Assembly: GCF_009914755.1 (NCBI RefSeq)
Contig: NC_060941.1
Source: the human T2T-CHM13v2.0 reference genome, Homo sapiens
Strand: one strand, 5' to 3'
DNA length: 64,000 nucleotides
The translations under genes were made by a program, and so were the position numbers. Below are positions 1 through 17,164 of the stretch, one piece after another (position 1 is the first letter of the stretch; each line of letters opens with the position of its first letter). The notes below the pieces were generated by a model, which was not told where the DNA came from, made no database searches, and saw only the letters and a program-made list of their open reading frames with translations.

Positions 1-44
1 AAACCAAAGAGAGAGAGAGAGAGAAAACAAAGTTTTGAGGATAG

Positions 45-408
<364 letters not shown>

Positions 409-3400
409 ATTTTTCTACCAATTCTGTGAGATTACAAGTTTGATTGTACAGATGAGGTTACTGAGTTTCCAGAAACATTAAGAAATTGGCTCAAGGTCAC
501 CCAGCAGATTCAGACCTAGAACTCTCGTCTCGGGGCTTGCAAAACCAAATTTACCACATGGTCCCCCAGAGAAATGCGCAGCCCAAGGGAACATGGTCTT
601 TTCAGATAGGCAGATGCCTGGCATTTAACCTATTTCCTCTCTCAACCTAACAGTCCGTCTGCTTAAAGCTTTTTTTTTAATTTAATTTTTTATTTTAACA
701 TGGTAGCCATCTGCACTGGCTTCAAGATTGAAAGAATTAGATGAGAAGGGGAGATGGAAATTCAGCAAATGTAACTCAGGATTGGCTGGGAGAGGAGGAC
801 AGAATGAGGCATAGGGATAGCAAAGGAATCCCTGGCTTAGTAGAAATGCAGCCTTCACAAAGGATTGTGTTCTTAACACATAGATTAGAGCATGACACTA
901 CAGAATGTCCCAGAGACAGAAAGTATTCTCAAGCATCATGTTTGGTTGTTTCAAAACCTTGTGTCTAACAGTAGAGCCAGGATTATTTTCTAACATTTAA
1001 AGAATGGTTAATATACCTACATTTATATATATGTATATGCATATGTTTGTATATGATATATAACATATATATAGTATGAGAGAGGTAAAGATTATCTTTG
1101 AGGATGCTCTTTGCAGTGGTATATGTGCTACAGTAACACCGAGGGAAAAACTGGAGTTGGTTAACAAAAAGAAAATATTTAAATACATAAAAAATGGGAT
1201 TTAACATGCACTTTAAATATCGTGTTTTCAGAGGATCATGAGATGCAAAGATGTTTACAATGCAAGAAGGAGGTTTCAGAATTGCATATGATATAGTCCC
1301 AATTCTTGAGAAATTGTAGGGTAGGTACCTTTTTATATCCATGTTCAGGTATATGAATCAGAAGAAAAAAGGCAAAGTATTAGCAGGTGCTGCTTATCTC
1401 TGCAGACTTGAATTCCTATTAATTTTGCCTTTCATCCTGAAACTTTTATACATTTTTCAAATTTTCTATAATGAACACGCACTTGTTTTATAGTCAGAAA
1501 AGGCAATACATGCTTTAAATGCTATAATAGAATAGTATATATCACAAGCTTCACTTAGGCTCTCAAAAGAACGTAAACCTGTATTCAAGAACCACAGCCC
1601 CATGGAATGAAGACTCTCCTCTTAATTTTAGAAGAACTTCTTTGCCTCATAAAATACACCCTTTCTTCCAAACTCTAATTCTCCTTTATATCTAATTTTT
1701 ATTCAGCTACTTAGTGGATGCCCACGGTTAACCTCATTAATCTTCGTATGGTAATTTATTAGGGATAAAGGGCTCTTAATTTGACCACTATAATTACCCT
1801 AGAGGTGAGTATAATGACGTCTGTCTTACAGGGATGGGAAACTAAGGTATAGAAACGGGAATGACCTGCCCGAATTTACACATACAGCATGGTGAAGCAC
1901 TTGAACTCAGATCTCCTGGCACCCAATCTTGTGGCCTCTCTCGATGAACAAGCGAACACAAGAAGGCGTAAATCTGAGTCCCTTTGTCTCAGGCATCTCT
2001 GCAGCAATAGCTTTCAAGGAACGCAGGTCAAATGGCAGGTCCTTTTCCCGGAGGCCCCTCCCACCGGCCCCGGGCGTGTGTGCGCGCTGTCTGCTTAATT
2101 CACTCATGGCTCTGTGCCACAGAATACATAAACAAGTGGGGAAAGCCTCAGAGAGGAATCTTGGTGCCCAAATGGAGCAATTTGTCTTCTGAAATTATTG
2201 TTTGAAATTGTTTATGTCAGTTGCCGAGTTTCTGTTCTGTACTTCAGGGACCTGTTTGTGATGGAAGGAAAAGTTCCCCGCGGCTGAACAGCCGTGCTAG
2301 TTGAACACTTGTAGTGACAGTGTTGTCAGCTGCTTCCCAGTCCTCCCTGACTTGGAGAGGGTTTTGATGAGGTTCCCTACACCCCAATAGAGCACCCCAA
2401 GAACTATCTGATGCTCACATGCCTGCTGCGTGTGCTAACTAATTTAATCCTTACAGCAATCCTGTAAGGAGGTACTGTTGTTACAGTCCTCCCATCCATA
2501 GAAGAAGAAACCAAGCCTCCAGCGCTGAAGGAGCTATCTCAAAATCCCATGCCTTGTAAATGGAAAAGCTGGGACTTGATCTCATGCACCTTTGGATTCT
2601 AAGTCCATGCTTGTGACTGCTACCCTGTACTGCTTCGCACAAGTATCCGAACCAGTCAGAGCTGGCTTGAGCCATCTGACTTTGCCACCCCATCCTCCCG
2701 GTGAGCATGTGAATTGTGGATTCTGCCCTCTTAGTGACATCGTAAGGCATTTCCACTTGAGGTTTTTCTTCCCTATTCCTCTAGTGTCTTGAGTTATTTT
2801 AACATGAAAGCCTCAAGCTCACAAACCTGGCAGCTTTGTGAGTGAGAGAGAATTCCTTTTGAGGCATGAATTAGTCTTCTTCAAATGTTTTGACAAACTG
2901 AGAGTGTGGTGCTTAGGGAAAGAATAGCTTCGCAGTGTTCGTGTGAACAGACATCTTTCTAAAACAACTTGAGCCCATGCGTGAGGCTCAATCATTGAAA
3001 TCACTGCATGGTAATTCTGAGACCGAGCCTTTTGGCTTTCAGTATTCTCTTGGTTTTGACTCGCCAAATGCCCAGCACTAGATGCTGGCCTGAATTCATA
3101 TCTCTTAATCTCCCTAAAGGAAGCAGAGCCGGGACATCCCTTAGGATGAAGAAAGAACAGTGTGTACCTGGTCTCAGCCCCCGCTGCTTGAGTGCTCTCC
3201 TGTAAGAGTCACTGAGGCCAGGCCAGCCCAGCACCCCTCAGAGCTCACCTTGTTCCTTGAGACCATCGAGGGCTACCTCAGTGACCTGATCATCATTTTC
3301 ACCTCGTCCTCTCTGAGTACTCCCTGCAGTAGATGAGCAGACAGTCAGGCCTATGTTATTCTTGGTCAGTGAATACAACAGATAACAGCATGCAGGGCAA

Positions 3401-5946
3401 CATTTGGCTAGGGAACAGTTATCATTGGTACCTGGAATCAGAAGGCAAGGAGCAAATTGAGCTCAGGCATTAGCACTCCACACAAAAATCATCCCTGGCT
3501 CTCAGCCTTGTTTGGGAAATGTGGCCAGGATTAGGGCAAGACCGACGCAGATAACCAGGTCTCTCATTTCACCTTCTCCAAGCATTCTGTCAGCCACCCT
3601 CTTCTCTTTACCGGGAAATTCGATGCTTCTGTACCCCAAAGAGGAACATGTCAGACCCACAGATGACACGGGCCACTGGTGGGGAACGGTGGCTTTGTCC
3701 TAGAGTCAGATAATGCCAGGCAAAGGAAAGAATTTGGTGGGTGAACCATGCACAGGAAGAGCAGAGGAGAGTTGTACATATGATGTGTGCCACACAGTAT
3801 CAGCTTCCAGCTCTGGAGGAGACCAGAAGCCTCTGATGGTGGTCCTGCTTGTTACTTTCTAGGAAGTTATCCATTCATCAGCCAATAGCTTTCCCAAAGA
3901 CCTATGCCTGGTAGTGTCCTTGAAGGCAATAATGTCAAGGTCAAAGATTACATATAAGGATGCGTCCAGCTAAACCTAGGGTAGGATTCAACAGAAAAGG
4001 GAAGGTAAAAGACTAAATTATAAACAGGTACCACTGCCCTTTTCGCGGAGAGAGTTTTCAGGGGGCTCATGCTCTGTTGTATCCAGGGTTTGTGATCTTG
4101 ACCTGGCACCATATGGAGAGGATGCATCATAAATAGCCATCCAAGCTGCTGTTCAACACTTCTTAACCCAGGTCCTAAGTATGATAACTGCCATGTGCAT
4201 TCTGTCAGAAGTGTACGTTTTGCTCACTTTTACAAACACCTGCATCCACATACCCAGAAGTCTTTGATTGGTAGAACAGGATTTAAAAGTAGATCTCAAA
4301 GCTTTACCTGGTTGTGCTGATAGCTTTCTGCCACCACGGGATGCCCCTCTTCAACAATTATCATATGGAACCTCTTTGTTTGCAAATAATAGAGAATCAA
4401 ACACTAGAAACCCTGAACAAGCTTAAGCAAAAAGGAACACTTATTATAAACATACTGGGGTATCTCATCAAACTGAACGACAGGACTGTATTAGCGACTT
4501 GGGTGGAAATAAGCTGGAATTGGGGATTTGAACACTCTCAGGCTACTCTTCTGGCCGTCTTCTGTGCTCCATCTTCTCCCGCAATATTGACTGGCTTTGT
4601 TTCCCAATTCATGTGGGTGAAAATGGCCACCTCCGACTGCTATTGAATTTTCTCTTCCAGTCCCATTTCCAAAATTCCTAGGGAAAAGTTCAGTCTGGCT
4701 TGAGGGATGCCCATCCTCAGAACAAAAACTAGGACTAGGAAGAGAGACAAAAACCATGCGGATGGCAGAGGAGAAAAGCATTTCCTATTAAACCCAGTGG
4801 AAAACCGTTTCAGAAGAGAATAAAAGGGAGGCATCACCGGCTTCCCCTCCTTTCTTTCATTTGTCACTGTCACCAACAACTTTACTGTCAGTACCTGTCT
4901 CTGTCTTCCTCTGTCGCTTTCTCTCGTGCGCGCGCGCTCTCTCTCTCTCCCGCTCCTTCTCTCTGTCTCTCATTCTCTCTTTCTTATCAGGCCTGTCAAG
5001 TCTTTCGGGAATGAAAATTACTCACACATACACAGATACACACACATACACATACACATACAAGCTGTTGTTAAGTAGAACTGGAAGGAGGCAAATTAAA
5101 TGCTGTGGGCCTGACAACTCCTTTTATTTATTTGTTTGAGTTTCCTGGGAGAAAAGGCCAGACAAGCTTCCCTAATTCCCAAACTACATGAAGCTCCTGG
5201 CATGACACTCCCCAAATTGTAATTATTTGTTTAACATCTTTCCCCCTCTCTAGGCTGTAAACTTTCCATAGGCAGAACTTGTGACAGTTTTATTCACAGC
5301 TGGATCCCTCATGTCTAAGACAGTGTTTGGACGTACAGTAGGTGATCAGTAAATATTGAATGAATGAAATGAATGAATGGACAAATGAATGATGTTAGCA
5401 TGTTCACCTTACTGGCAAATTCCCAGATGAAGACATTACTTCAAAGGCTCCTGGCAGCCCTACCAATTTGGCTACCAATAATCATAGTAATAGTGCTTTT
5501 GTTGTTTTCAAAAGTCTGATCAAAGAGTGTGTCATATAAGTAAGTCTAATTCACATCTCTCTCTTTCTCTCATTCTCTCTCTCTCTCTCCATTTTTCATG
5601 AATTTATTATCAAGACATAGCAATTCTTTTTTTTCCACTTGTTTCTCAAATTTGCCCTCTTTTATTTATTCCCAAGTGGACTTTCTTCCTTATCCATGGA
5701 TCATGATGAGAGTCTCCAAACCAACCCTGTCTCTTCCCATCGTCTGAGCATCAGATGAGTCCTCCTAAAATGTCAATGTTACTGAGTTACTTTGCTGCTC
5801 AAAAACATGCCGGTGTAGCCCTCTTTCTACAGGAGAAAGTGGAACGTAGCATCCATGGCCCTCTTTTTCTGAATTCCTAACTCCTGTTACAGTGTTATCC
5901 CTTACCACTCCCAAATAGGAACCTTTTCCTTGAACAAGGCAATGTC

Positions 5947-6437
<491 letters not shown>

Positions 6438-6485
6438 GGTAGGAAGTGCCATGTTTATTTGAGATTTAAGATTTTATTCATTTTG

Positions 6486-7118
<633 letters not shown>

Positions 7119-9892
7119 TTAGCATCTTAACCATAAATTTCTCACTTGAAAAGTTGAAGGTTCAGTTCTTCTGCCCTTAGTAGCCTTCTACATATATGGA
7201 TTATTTAATAACATGTTGCCTAACACTTTAGTTAACTCAAGCGTGTGTATCTTTTCTCCATCAGAGTATATATGCCTTAAATTGCTTTGTATAATTCCTG
7301 GTGTCTAGAGGGACCTCAACAAATAGCAAGGAATTGTTCAATACTATTTGAGAACTTGAATTTGTAGATACACACACGAATGCATGAGCACCAGGCTGGC
7401 CTGGTGATCCCAAAGCCTTCTGGAGTCACCATAGAAGTAATAGCTGTTCTAGTTGACATTTCCCTCTAAAGGGTCACTTTGGTACCCTGCATTTCACCCT
7501 TAACCTCTTAGATCCCTTGGTGAGATATGCTTTACAATCTTGCAGCGTTTTCCTGTCCTTTGAACATAACATTAAGAACTCTTACAAGAAATATTGTAAT
7601 CTCATGGGAAAAACTTGAGATTAAGAGGAATCTCAGAGCCCTGAATTTGGAGACTTACAAAAACAGACCTTGGTCAAAAATGAAGCCAAGTGGCATGAAA
7701 TGTTAGCCCTCCAAGGAGCCTTTGACATCATCAGCTCATCTCTCTTGCTTTACAGAGGAGGAAACTGAAGCTGCAGAGGTGTCTCAGCCAAAGTCATATG
7801 GCTATTTAGTGGGAGGAACAAGGGCTCTTCTCCCAGGCTCTTATGTGACTTGCAAGACATCCTGCCAATATATCAGGGCAGAGAGAAATTTGAATGAACT
7901 TCTAGTCAACACTTGTAGGCATTTCACCTGTGTGCAAAGCAGAAATTGAATGTAGGCCCAGTTTTCTTTTTAAGACACTTTGATTTTTCACAAAATTCTG
8001 GAATTTGGCATCTAACTGTACAACACTCAAGTTATAAAGAAGGTTTCCATTTAGACACAGGGCTTATCGTATCTGCAAAACATGGACACAGTCTAGAGGC
8101 ATGGGAGTACAAGCAGCATCATGGGTCTGATGAAATGATAGCTCTTGTAGTTGCCAAGGGCACTGGTTGCTAGGCAGGGTACAGAAGAGTCTAACAGTGG
8201 CCAAGAGTCCATTGTAAGAAAAGGTGCTGCAGAAGTGGTGAAAGCCCACCACCATCTGCTGATGGAAAGGGAAGGGTTCCCTCTGCTGCTGTTGCCAAGG
8301 GAGCTGGCTCTCTCCTGGATTTGAGAGCTTTCCAGTGCTCTGGAGCCTTCAGTATCCTGCAAGAAAGCTTCGAAGGACCCAGATGGGTTGGGAGAAAGAG
8401 CCATGTTGGTGTAATGGCACTGTAATCTACATCCGCTCTTTGCTCCTGAATAAAATCGTTCATCTATTCCCAAGCAGTGTCTCTTAGGAGGTTTGAGATT
8501 TTTAGAACCAAATCATAAAAATAGCACACCGAAGTTGGAAGGTGTTTAGGGGACCATGCAAACCGATGATTTTAAAACATAGAGTTTTAACATTTTGTGA
8601 GAGGTTTCGCTTTTGTTGTTCACCTCCATGCTATTTTTTTTTCTTTCCGTGTAAGATTTTTAGCTAAAAAACACTACACTTTCAGTAATATGTTTTAAAA
8701 AAAATTTGAAACCACCTATTTCTAACCGAGTCCTTCCCTTCATGAGTAAAGAGTCTGGAGCCCAGAGAGATGAATTTCTTGCATTATTATTATTTTGATG
8801 TGTTGCTAGAAAAAGACATGTGGGTTTACTCAGTAAAATCTGGGGAGTTATTTTCACCTTCCCACATAGTCAAGGCAGAGCCATTCCTAGAGGGACTAGA
8901 ATTCGTGGACTATTTAGAAGAAATAGAGGAAGATGGCTTTGTGGGTGAGGGATGTATGGCTGGTACAGTGACTCCTCATCTTTTATTTTTGTTTTATTGA
9001 TCACTCTTTTGAAATAAATGTATATTTTCTTCTTTCCCCAAATGATAACTTATTAAGTATATAATAAACAGAAACCATTTTATCATTTTGTTAAAAGTTT
9101 AAATATAAATTAATTTATGTTCGAAAAAATTATCTGGTCAAACCATGTATTCTGGTGTTCTTTTAGAAAATACGACCATTCTTTGGCGCTGAAGAGGTTG
9201 CAGCAAGTAGGGGGCACAAATAGGTCAAGCAAGGCTAGGGGGAATTTACTTAAGATAAATGGAGTAGTTGGGTAGACAAAAACCAAATAGTCGAGTGGAG
9301 AGGAGGTAGAAAGAAAATCAATCACATTTGAATAATACGATGGTGTTAAGGAAGCAGTGTATCCATGGCAACGTAGGAGAAGAAATGGGTAAGGATGATG
9401 CTTTTAGCAAGGATGATTTATTTGGTTGGATGAAACAGAAGATTAACACACAGATTCCAGTAACTTCTCTCTGATTCTTTGGATAATAAAACTTCATGGG
9501 CCCATGTTGTATACTGGATGAAAAATGGACAAGAACTAACAATTGCCAAAGAGTTGAGATGCACTAAGATACCTAGTGTTATTGGTTTAGGACAACAGTG
9601 TTGCTGAAAGCATTGGAAAGTCTCCTACACCCAGTGGAGGAAAAGGCAGCTGTTCTCCACCTTGATTGTCAACAGCAGACTTCTGGGTTTCAGCTGATCC
9701 CCCAGTTTTGTCAGTACAACCTGAACTGAAGCATGGATGGGCAATAACCCTGCTTATTAGAGCAGAACAGATCGCTTATAGGAATGATCCTGGGCCACTA
9801 TTTGTGGCTTCCAAATTATCTAAACAGTTGAGCAGATAGCCAGATTCATTGTGAAATTCTTACAGCAAATCGTTTATGTAAAAAAATGTTTA

Positions 9893-10265
9893 GTTTTTTC
9901 CTTCCTTTCCTTCCTTCCATCTCCTTCCTTCCTTCCTTCCATCTTCTTCCTTCCTTCCTTCCATCTCCTTTTTTCCTTCCATCTCCTCCCTTCCATCTTC
10001 TTCCTTCCTTCCTTCCATCTTCTTCCTTCCTTCCTTCCTTCCATCTCCGTCCCTCCTTCCTTCCATCTCCTTCCTTCCTTCCCTCTCCTTCCTTCTTTCC
10101 GTCTTCTTCCTTCCATCTTCTTCCTTCCATCCCCTTCATTCATTCCTTTCTTCCTTCCTTCCTTCCTCCCTTCCTTCCTTTTTTTCTTCCATCTCCTTCC
10201 TCTCTCTCCTTCCTTCCTTGCTTCCTTCCTTCCTTCTTTCTTTCTTCAGGATCCTTTCCTTCTTG
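9893..10265. repeat. Complex (TTCC)n / (GGAA)n polypyrimidine tract
   Basis: About 370 nt of CCTT units interrupted periodically by CCATCT. Confidence 0.95.
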
Positions 10266-11007
10266 GGCCCTGGGTGGCAGCCCATGATGTGGGCAAAAGT
10301 ATTGCCTTACAAATCAGAGTTCTGCTAGGACACTTGGCCTATTTCTTGTTTCCCTCCTGGAGCAAGACCTAGTGTACCCCCGGTTTAACACATCTTTCAT
10401 TTTCACATCACATTAACTAATGTGAATTAATTAGTTGTCAGTGGAATAGATATTCACACCCATGTGCACACACACAAACACGTTGTTCTTAAAATTAAAA
10501 AATAAACTTTGTTTTCCTATTCCCGTTATCTTTTCTATTTCTTCTTCTTTCTACCCTTTCCCTTATCCTTGCTTTCTCTTCTTTTGTCTGCTCCCTTCTT
10601 CCCTAAAATCCTCAGTACATTTAGAATTGACTCACACTCCGATTTAATCAGATGAAACTTTTCCTACCTGCTGCATATAAACATTTACAGGAATATATAG
10701 CACTGCTATCATAATCTCATATATTGCTTCTGTTGCTGGTGTAGGTATAATTTTTGGTCTCTTGAAATCTTGTAACTTCTTGGAAAGAATCCTGAAGCCT
10801 TGATTTGGGGACTTAGACTCCCACACCCTATAAAGTATATATTTTGTCAGATATAAACCTAGTCTGACACCAAACAAAACAAAATATTTAGGTCAGGATG
10901 TAAAGAAAAAGTAGAGACAGATTTGATGTTATGTAAGCATATATTATATGACAAACAATATATCTAAAATCCATTTGATATAGAAATGAATGATATTAGA
11001 ACAACTA

Positions 11008-12080
<1,073 letters not shown>

Positions 12081-12101
12081 ATGTAGCATATTTGCTTATT
12101 T

Positions 12102-12274
12102 CGATTTCTCAAACATACTTCTTTTCTCAGAATTTCCTGGAATGTTTGTGAAAATGTATTCCCAGTCTACCTCGGACATACTAGACTATAGTCTCCAGGA
12201 AGGGGACGAGGGAAATTTGTGTTTATCAAGCCCCCCTAGGTGGTTTTTATATCAGGTAAATTGGGGAAATCCTG
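12102..12274. mobile_element. MER5-family hAT-Charlie element
   Basis: tttctcaaac...agaatttcctgg...gtgtttatcaagccccc...ggggaaatcctg pattern. Confidence 0.55.
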
Positions 12275-14798
12275 ATCAAATCTAATGTAAACTCTTTCTT
12301 CAATTAATATTGAGACTGAGATCCAGCAAGGCTCTGGGAGCTGTCAAAAGCAATAGCTATTTAGTAGCAGAATGGGAACTAGAATTACGTGTGTATAATT
12401 CCAGATGAGCAATCCCTTTTTAAAGCCCCAAGCATATTCACTAATATTCTTAAATTTAACTCCCAACAACTTCCTAATCCCTTTGTAGACAGGTGGCAGA
12501 AGTTCTTAGCTCTATTGTTGCACATTCGGTAATGACCTTTCTTTGTTGATAGCGAATGGAAAGTTTTCCATTTTCACCGTTCCCTAGCAATGTCACATTT
12601 TCAAACAGTAGCTCAAAACTCTTTAAATAGAAAAGATCCATTTCTACTCTATCGTGACTCAGTAACAGCCACAGGATTCTTCTCAAACTTTCCTAAAAAT
12701 GTCATCTTTGGGCTGGACTCAAGAGGAACATTTCAGCCAAGGAGACACATTTTCCACTCTGTGAAGAATGAGCGAGCATGGGGTTGGAACATAAAGTGTT
12801 TTGCAATCCTCAGAAAAGCAATACTTGTCATCAAAACCATGGCAACGTCTCCATGTGATGCCATCAGAGTCTGGGATCATTCAGGAGCCTCATTCTAATT
12901 GGAGACTTGGTCGGGGCCATCACCTGTGTTGGTCGGAACAGTCACCCAGCTGCCTGTTGGCTTCAGAAAGAAAACGGTACCCTACCTGACTGTTGCCATG
13001 GAGACACTATGGACAGTGATTCTGAGCTGAGCATCCCTTATGTTGAGTTACTAGGGGGCAGGTAGCATGAAACGTGCCTCATGTTCTAATGGCTTCTGAT
13101 TCTTCATTTAAAAAGACATGCCCTTCACCCTCGCACCAAATGGAAGAAATACATTAAAACACAAGGTATAATATGACTAAAGTTACTGTTTTCTCATCCA
13201 AATATTAATAGTTCCATTTGGAACTTACACTCATGAGATAAAAGTTTAGAGTCCAAAATCATGGTTGGAAATTTGCCTGCCTAAGTTTATAACTCTATGG
13301 CCTTGGATGAGCTTTTATATCTTAGGAGCTATGACCAGGGGATAATAATACACACTCCTCAAGGACTATTGGGAGATTTCAATAGATGATTTATGTAAAA
13401 CACTTCAGTCCCCAAGACTGGCACTTTTCAATTCTGTTAATAATCAGCCCCTTTCAACTTTCTTACTAGGAATTATCAGCATGAGAGAGAGAGGGAAAAG
13501 GAATAAAAGAAAGGAATAGGAAAGAACTGACCTGTAGTGAATTAATGACTCAGCTTCTTCTATTCACCTCATTTTGTGCCTTTTCCATCTCACTCGATGT
13601 GATGTGTTACTCCTGTGCCTTCAGTTTTCCCTTCATGTAAATGGCATAACCTCTTCTAAGGGACCATCACTCCTGGGCACAGCCAATGTTTCAGGCAGTA
13701 ATGACTTTTTAAAAGGTATATGCTTGCATTCGCATCGCAACCTAAAGCTCCCTTTTCTTCTTTAGATTCTGCCATCCAGAAAATAGGTGGGCTTTCTTGT
13801 GAAGCAGCCATTATCGATACAATGCATAAAGGTCTTTGATAACCTTGTAGAGTTTAGAAAGTGGTAAGCTCATTAATGCCGTCCCAATAATCCTGAAGTT
13901 GTTAACTATTATTTGTTGTTAATATTGAGATTACAGCTATATACAGATGCTATCTATACAGAAGGCTGGGGCTCTTGGACATTGAGGATTATGACGCTTG
14001 GCAGACTCAAAGTTAAATCTATGTTTTCCGTTCCCAATGTCCTTGCCCCATCCTGTTGCTTCTCTTTGACATCAAGAAAGGCCTGCCCACCAGCAGCGGG
14101 CATGTGGCAGAGGTGACTGTCTAAGTAATAAGCAAAATGTCACAATGTCCTTCAATCCTGATATTTCCCTCCTCTTCAACCTGAAACTCTAAGGAGACCT
14201 ATACAGCCGCACCTGGTTCTCCCTCTTCTGAGTGCCTCTGCTTTCTCTCCCAGGCACAGGTGAGTGAACTCTGCCAAGCTTCCTAACCCTCAATTTCCAA
14301 GAGCCCTGGCCCACCTATCTGTACATAGCAATAACCTTAATATTAACAACAAATAATAGTTAACAACTTCACAGGATTATTGGGAAGGCATTAGTGAGTT
14401 TATCACTTTCTAAACTCTGCACTCTCTGGTCGCAGCTCCCGTGTTGTGCAGAGATAGTATAGCTCCCATTCTTGAGTTGGAACCTAGTTCCAGCCCCGAG
14501 CTACAAGCGTGGAATCTAGTCCTGGTTCTCCACTATACTTGACCCACAAGTTTCTATGCATTTTTAAATAATTATTAAACAGTGGGCTGCTTCTCTGACT
14601 CAATAGGCTTCACACCTATTCTATGATTATAGAATATTAAGGGAACATATTTTCCCTTCTTTAGGAAGGTACATGCGTAGGGTGGTGGTAGAACTTGCTA
14701 CTTGTTCCTGAAGTTCATTTTGGAGAAAAATCCAGGGTGGAGCTGTCGTGGGACATTTATGTTTTTTTAAAACAAACAAACAAACAAAAAAAACCATA

Positions 14799-15150
14799 GA
14801 CCAGTCACGGTGTCTCACGCCTGTAATCCCAGCACTTTGGGAGGCCGAGGTGGGCGGATCACCCGAGGTCAGGAGTTCAAGACCAGCCTGGCCAACATTG
14901 TGAAACCCTGTCTCTACTAAAAATACAAAAATGAGCTGGACATGATGGTGTGTGTCTGTAATCCCAGCTACTCAGGAGGCTGAGGCAGGAGATTCGCTTG
15001 AACCTGGGAGGCAGCGGTGGCAGTGAGCCAAGATTGTGCCATTGCATTCCAGCCTGGGAGTCGCAGAGAGACTCTGTCTCAAAAAAAATAAAATAGAATA
15101 AAATAAAATAAAATAAAATAAAATAAAATAAAATAAAATAAAATAAAATA
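14799..15150 (+). mobile_element. Alu with expanded (AAAAT)n tail
   Basis: Alu dimer followed by roughly a dozen AAAAT units. Confidence 0.95.
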
Positions 15151-16576
15151 AGGTGCTCCCTACCAGACATGAAAATATATATCATTAGTCTAGAATAAAA
15201 TAAATGGTGTAGCACTGGAACAAGAATATTCAAATGAGGAAATCAGAATCCAAAGCCCAGACCTCTGAGTAAAGAGACAACTTAAACACAAACATATGAC
15301 TCCCAATTCTGATGACAATGGCCAAAAGAATGCAAGAATAGAAAAAAATACTGCTTTGATTCTGGAAGCCTAGAAAGACTGACACCCAAATGTCAGAATC
15401 ATGAGAGAGATTTCTGCTGTTGATAAAAACATTGGGATGATGTAGAAAAGACACCAAGAACTCACTTCCCACGACCTTCCAAAGATAAGAATGAGGTCCC
15501 CAAAAAGGTGAATGAAGAGAAAACTCCAGGAATACCTGTCACTTAGAGGTGGGTAGAACTGGGAGTGGAAAGAAGGCATGGGCCAAAAAGTAACCTTCTG
15601 CTCAAACAGTACTTTTAGCTATGATGGGTTCATGGAGGTTTGCCAGGAGCTCTGGGACACAAATGGGCGCAGCAAGCTGAAAGCAGGGAAGGGAAGGGAA
15701 GCTCTGCTCAGCAAAGCACAAAAAGGCATCCGGGAAGGGGCCAAGCAAAAGCTGCAGGTGGCTGTGCCCAGAGAGCAAGGTAGCTTCACCAAGCATAAGG
15801 CCAGTGGGGCAAGGTTTCTGTCTGAAGTGTCAGGACTGTCCTATCTGCAGTGGGAAGCAGCCGCAGAGAGGGATGGGTGCATTTGAGCTCAATCTCTAGT
15901 ATCAAAGCTCAGCCGAACCTGGAGAAGAAGCCACCCAGGGACGAATTCCACTGCTGAGATCATCCAGGACTTAGCTCTCTGCCCACTCCCTTTAGAGTTA
16001 GACCCTGACCCAGCAGCCAGGCCTCCAGCTTCAGAGGAGAGAAAGATTCCAGTAGCTTCCATGTGATAGGAGCAACAAGGCCAAGAGAAATGGGCAACCT
16101 GGTCATACTTTGTGGGAAGATCAGAACAACCTTTTAGGAGAGCTATTGTCATACGTACCAAACGCCTTCAAATTTGACATTTCCTGTGATGAAATCATTC
16201 TACTTCTAGGAGTGTTTCTTAATGTAATATCAAAGACGTGGCCAAAAATCAACTAGAAAGAATGTCCACTGTGATTTTTAATGTTAAAACTTTAAGAAAT
16301 CTAAACCTTCAATAATGGCCAATGGTTCAATGACTTAAGGAATAACCAAAAAAAAAAAAAAAAAAAAAAGGAAAGAAATTTAGTAGCTCTACAGCTACTA
16401 AAATAGCATCATTTGATGGGTATTAAATGGCATGTGAATGTATCTTTGATATATTACTAATAAAAATCAGCTAATGAAGGAACCCTTATAATGTGATCCC
16501 ACACAAACATATAGGAAAAAGGACCTAAACTTCATGAATGAAATATTAGCAAGAAGTATCCCTAGTTTAGAGATGA

Positions 16577-16928
16577 TCTTAGTCCATTCAGACTGCCATA
16601 ACCAAATGCCATAAACTGGGTAACTTATAAGCCACAATAAATTTATTTCTCACCGTTCCAGAGGCTGGAAAGTTAAAGCTACAGGCAGGCTTGGTGTCTG
16701 ATGAGGGCCCCTTTCCTAGTTCATAGAAGTCCGCCTCTCACTGCCTCCTCCCGTGGTGGAAGGGGCCAGACAGCTCTCTGAAGCCTCCTTTATAAGGGCA
16801 CCAATCCCAAATATGAGGGCTGTGCCCACATGACCTAGTGACCTCTCAAACTTCTTAATACCATCATCTTGAGGATTAAGATCGCAACATATAGCTTTTG
16901 GAGGGACACAAACATTAAGACCAGAGCA
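16577..16928 (-). mobile_element. MLT1 (ERVL-MaLR) solo LTR
   Basis: tcttagtccattcagactgccataac...atttatttctcaccgttccagaggctggaa...gagggacacaaacatt is the typical MLT1 layout. Confidence 0.8.
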
Positions 16929-17164
16929 GATAAATATGTTTTCTCCTAGAAGCTCTTCTATATTTTGCAATGTTTCTGCATTAAGCTCATATTGTTTTTG
17001 CTTCTTACCCCTTTATCCCTTTGTGCTACATTCTAAGAGGACAGTTTAGCTCAATCTTCTAGTTCACAAGTTCATTTTTAGTTGAGTTTATTTTAATGAA
17101 TGAATTTTTACTTTGCGATTAGTGTTAATAGGAAAGATACTATTTTTTGAATTTTAATTTTTTG

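Noticed and set aside
9846-10372. Overlapping ORFs rich in F/L/P/S or K/E/G/R
   Set aside because: Artefacts of the stop-free (TTCC)n repeat.
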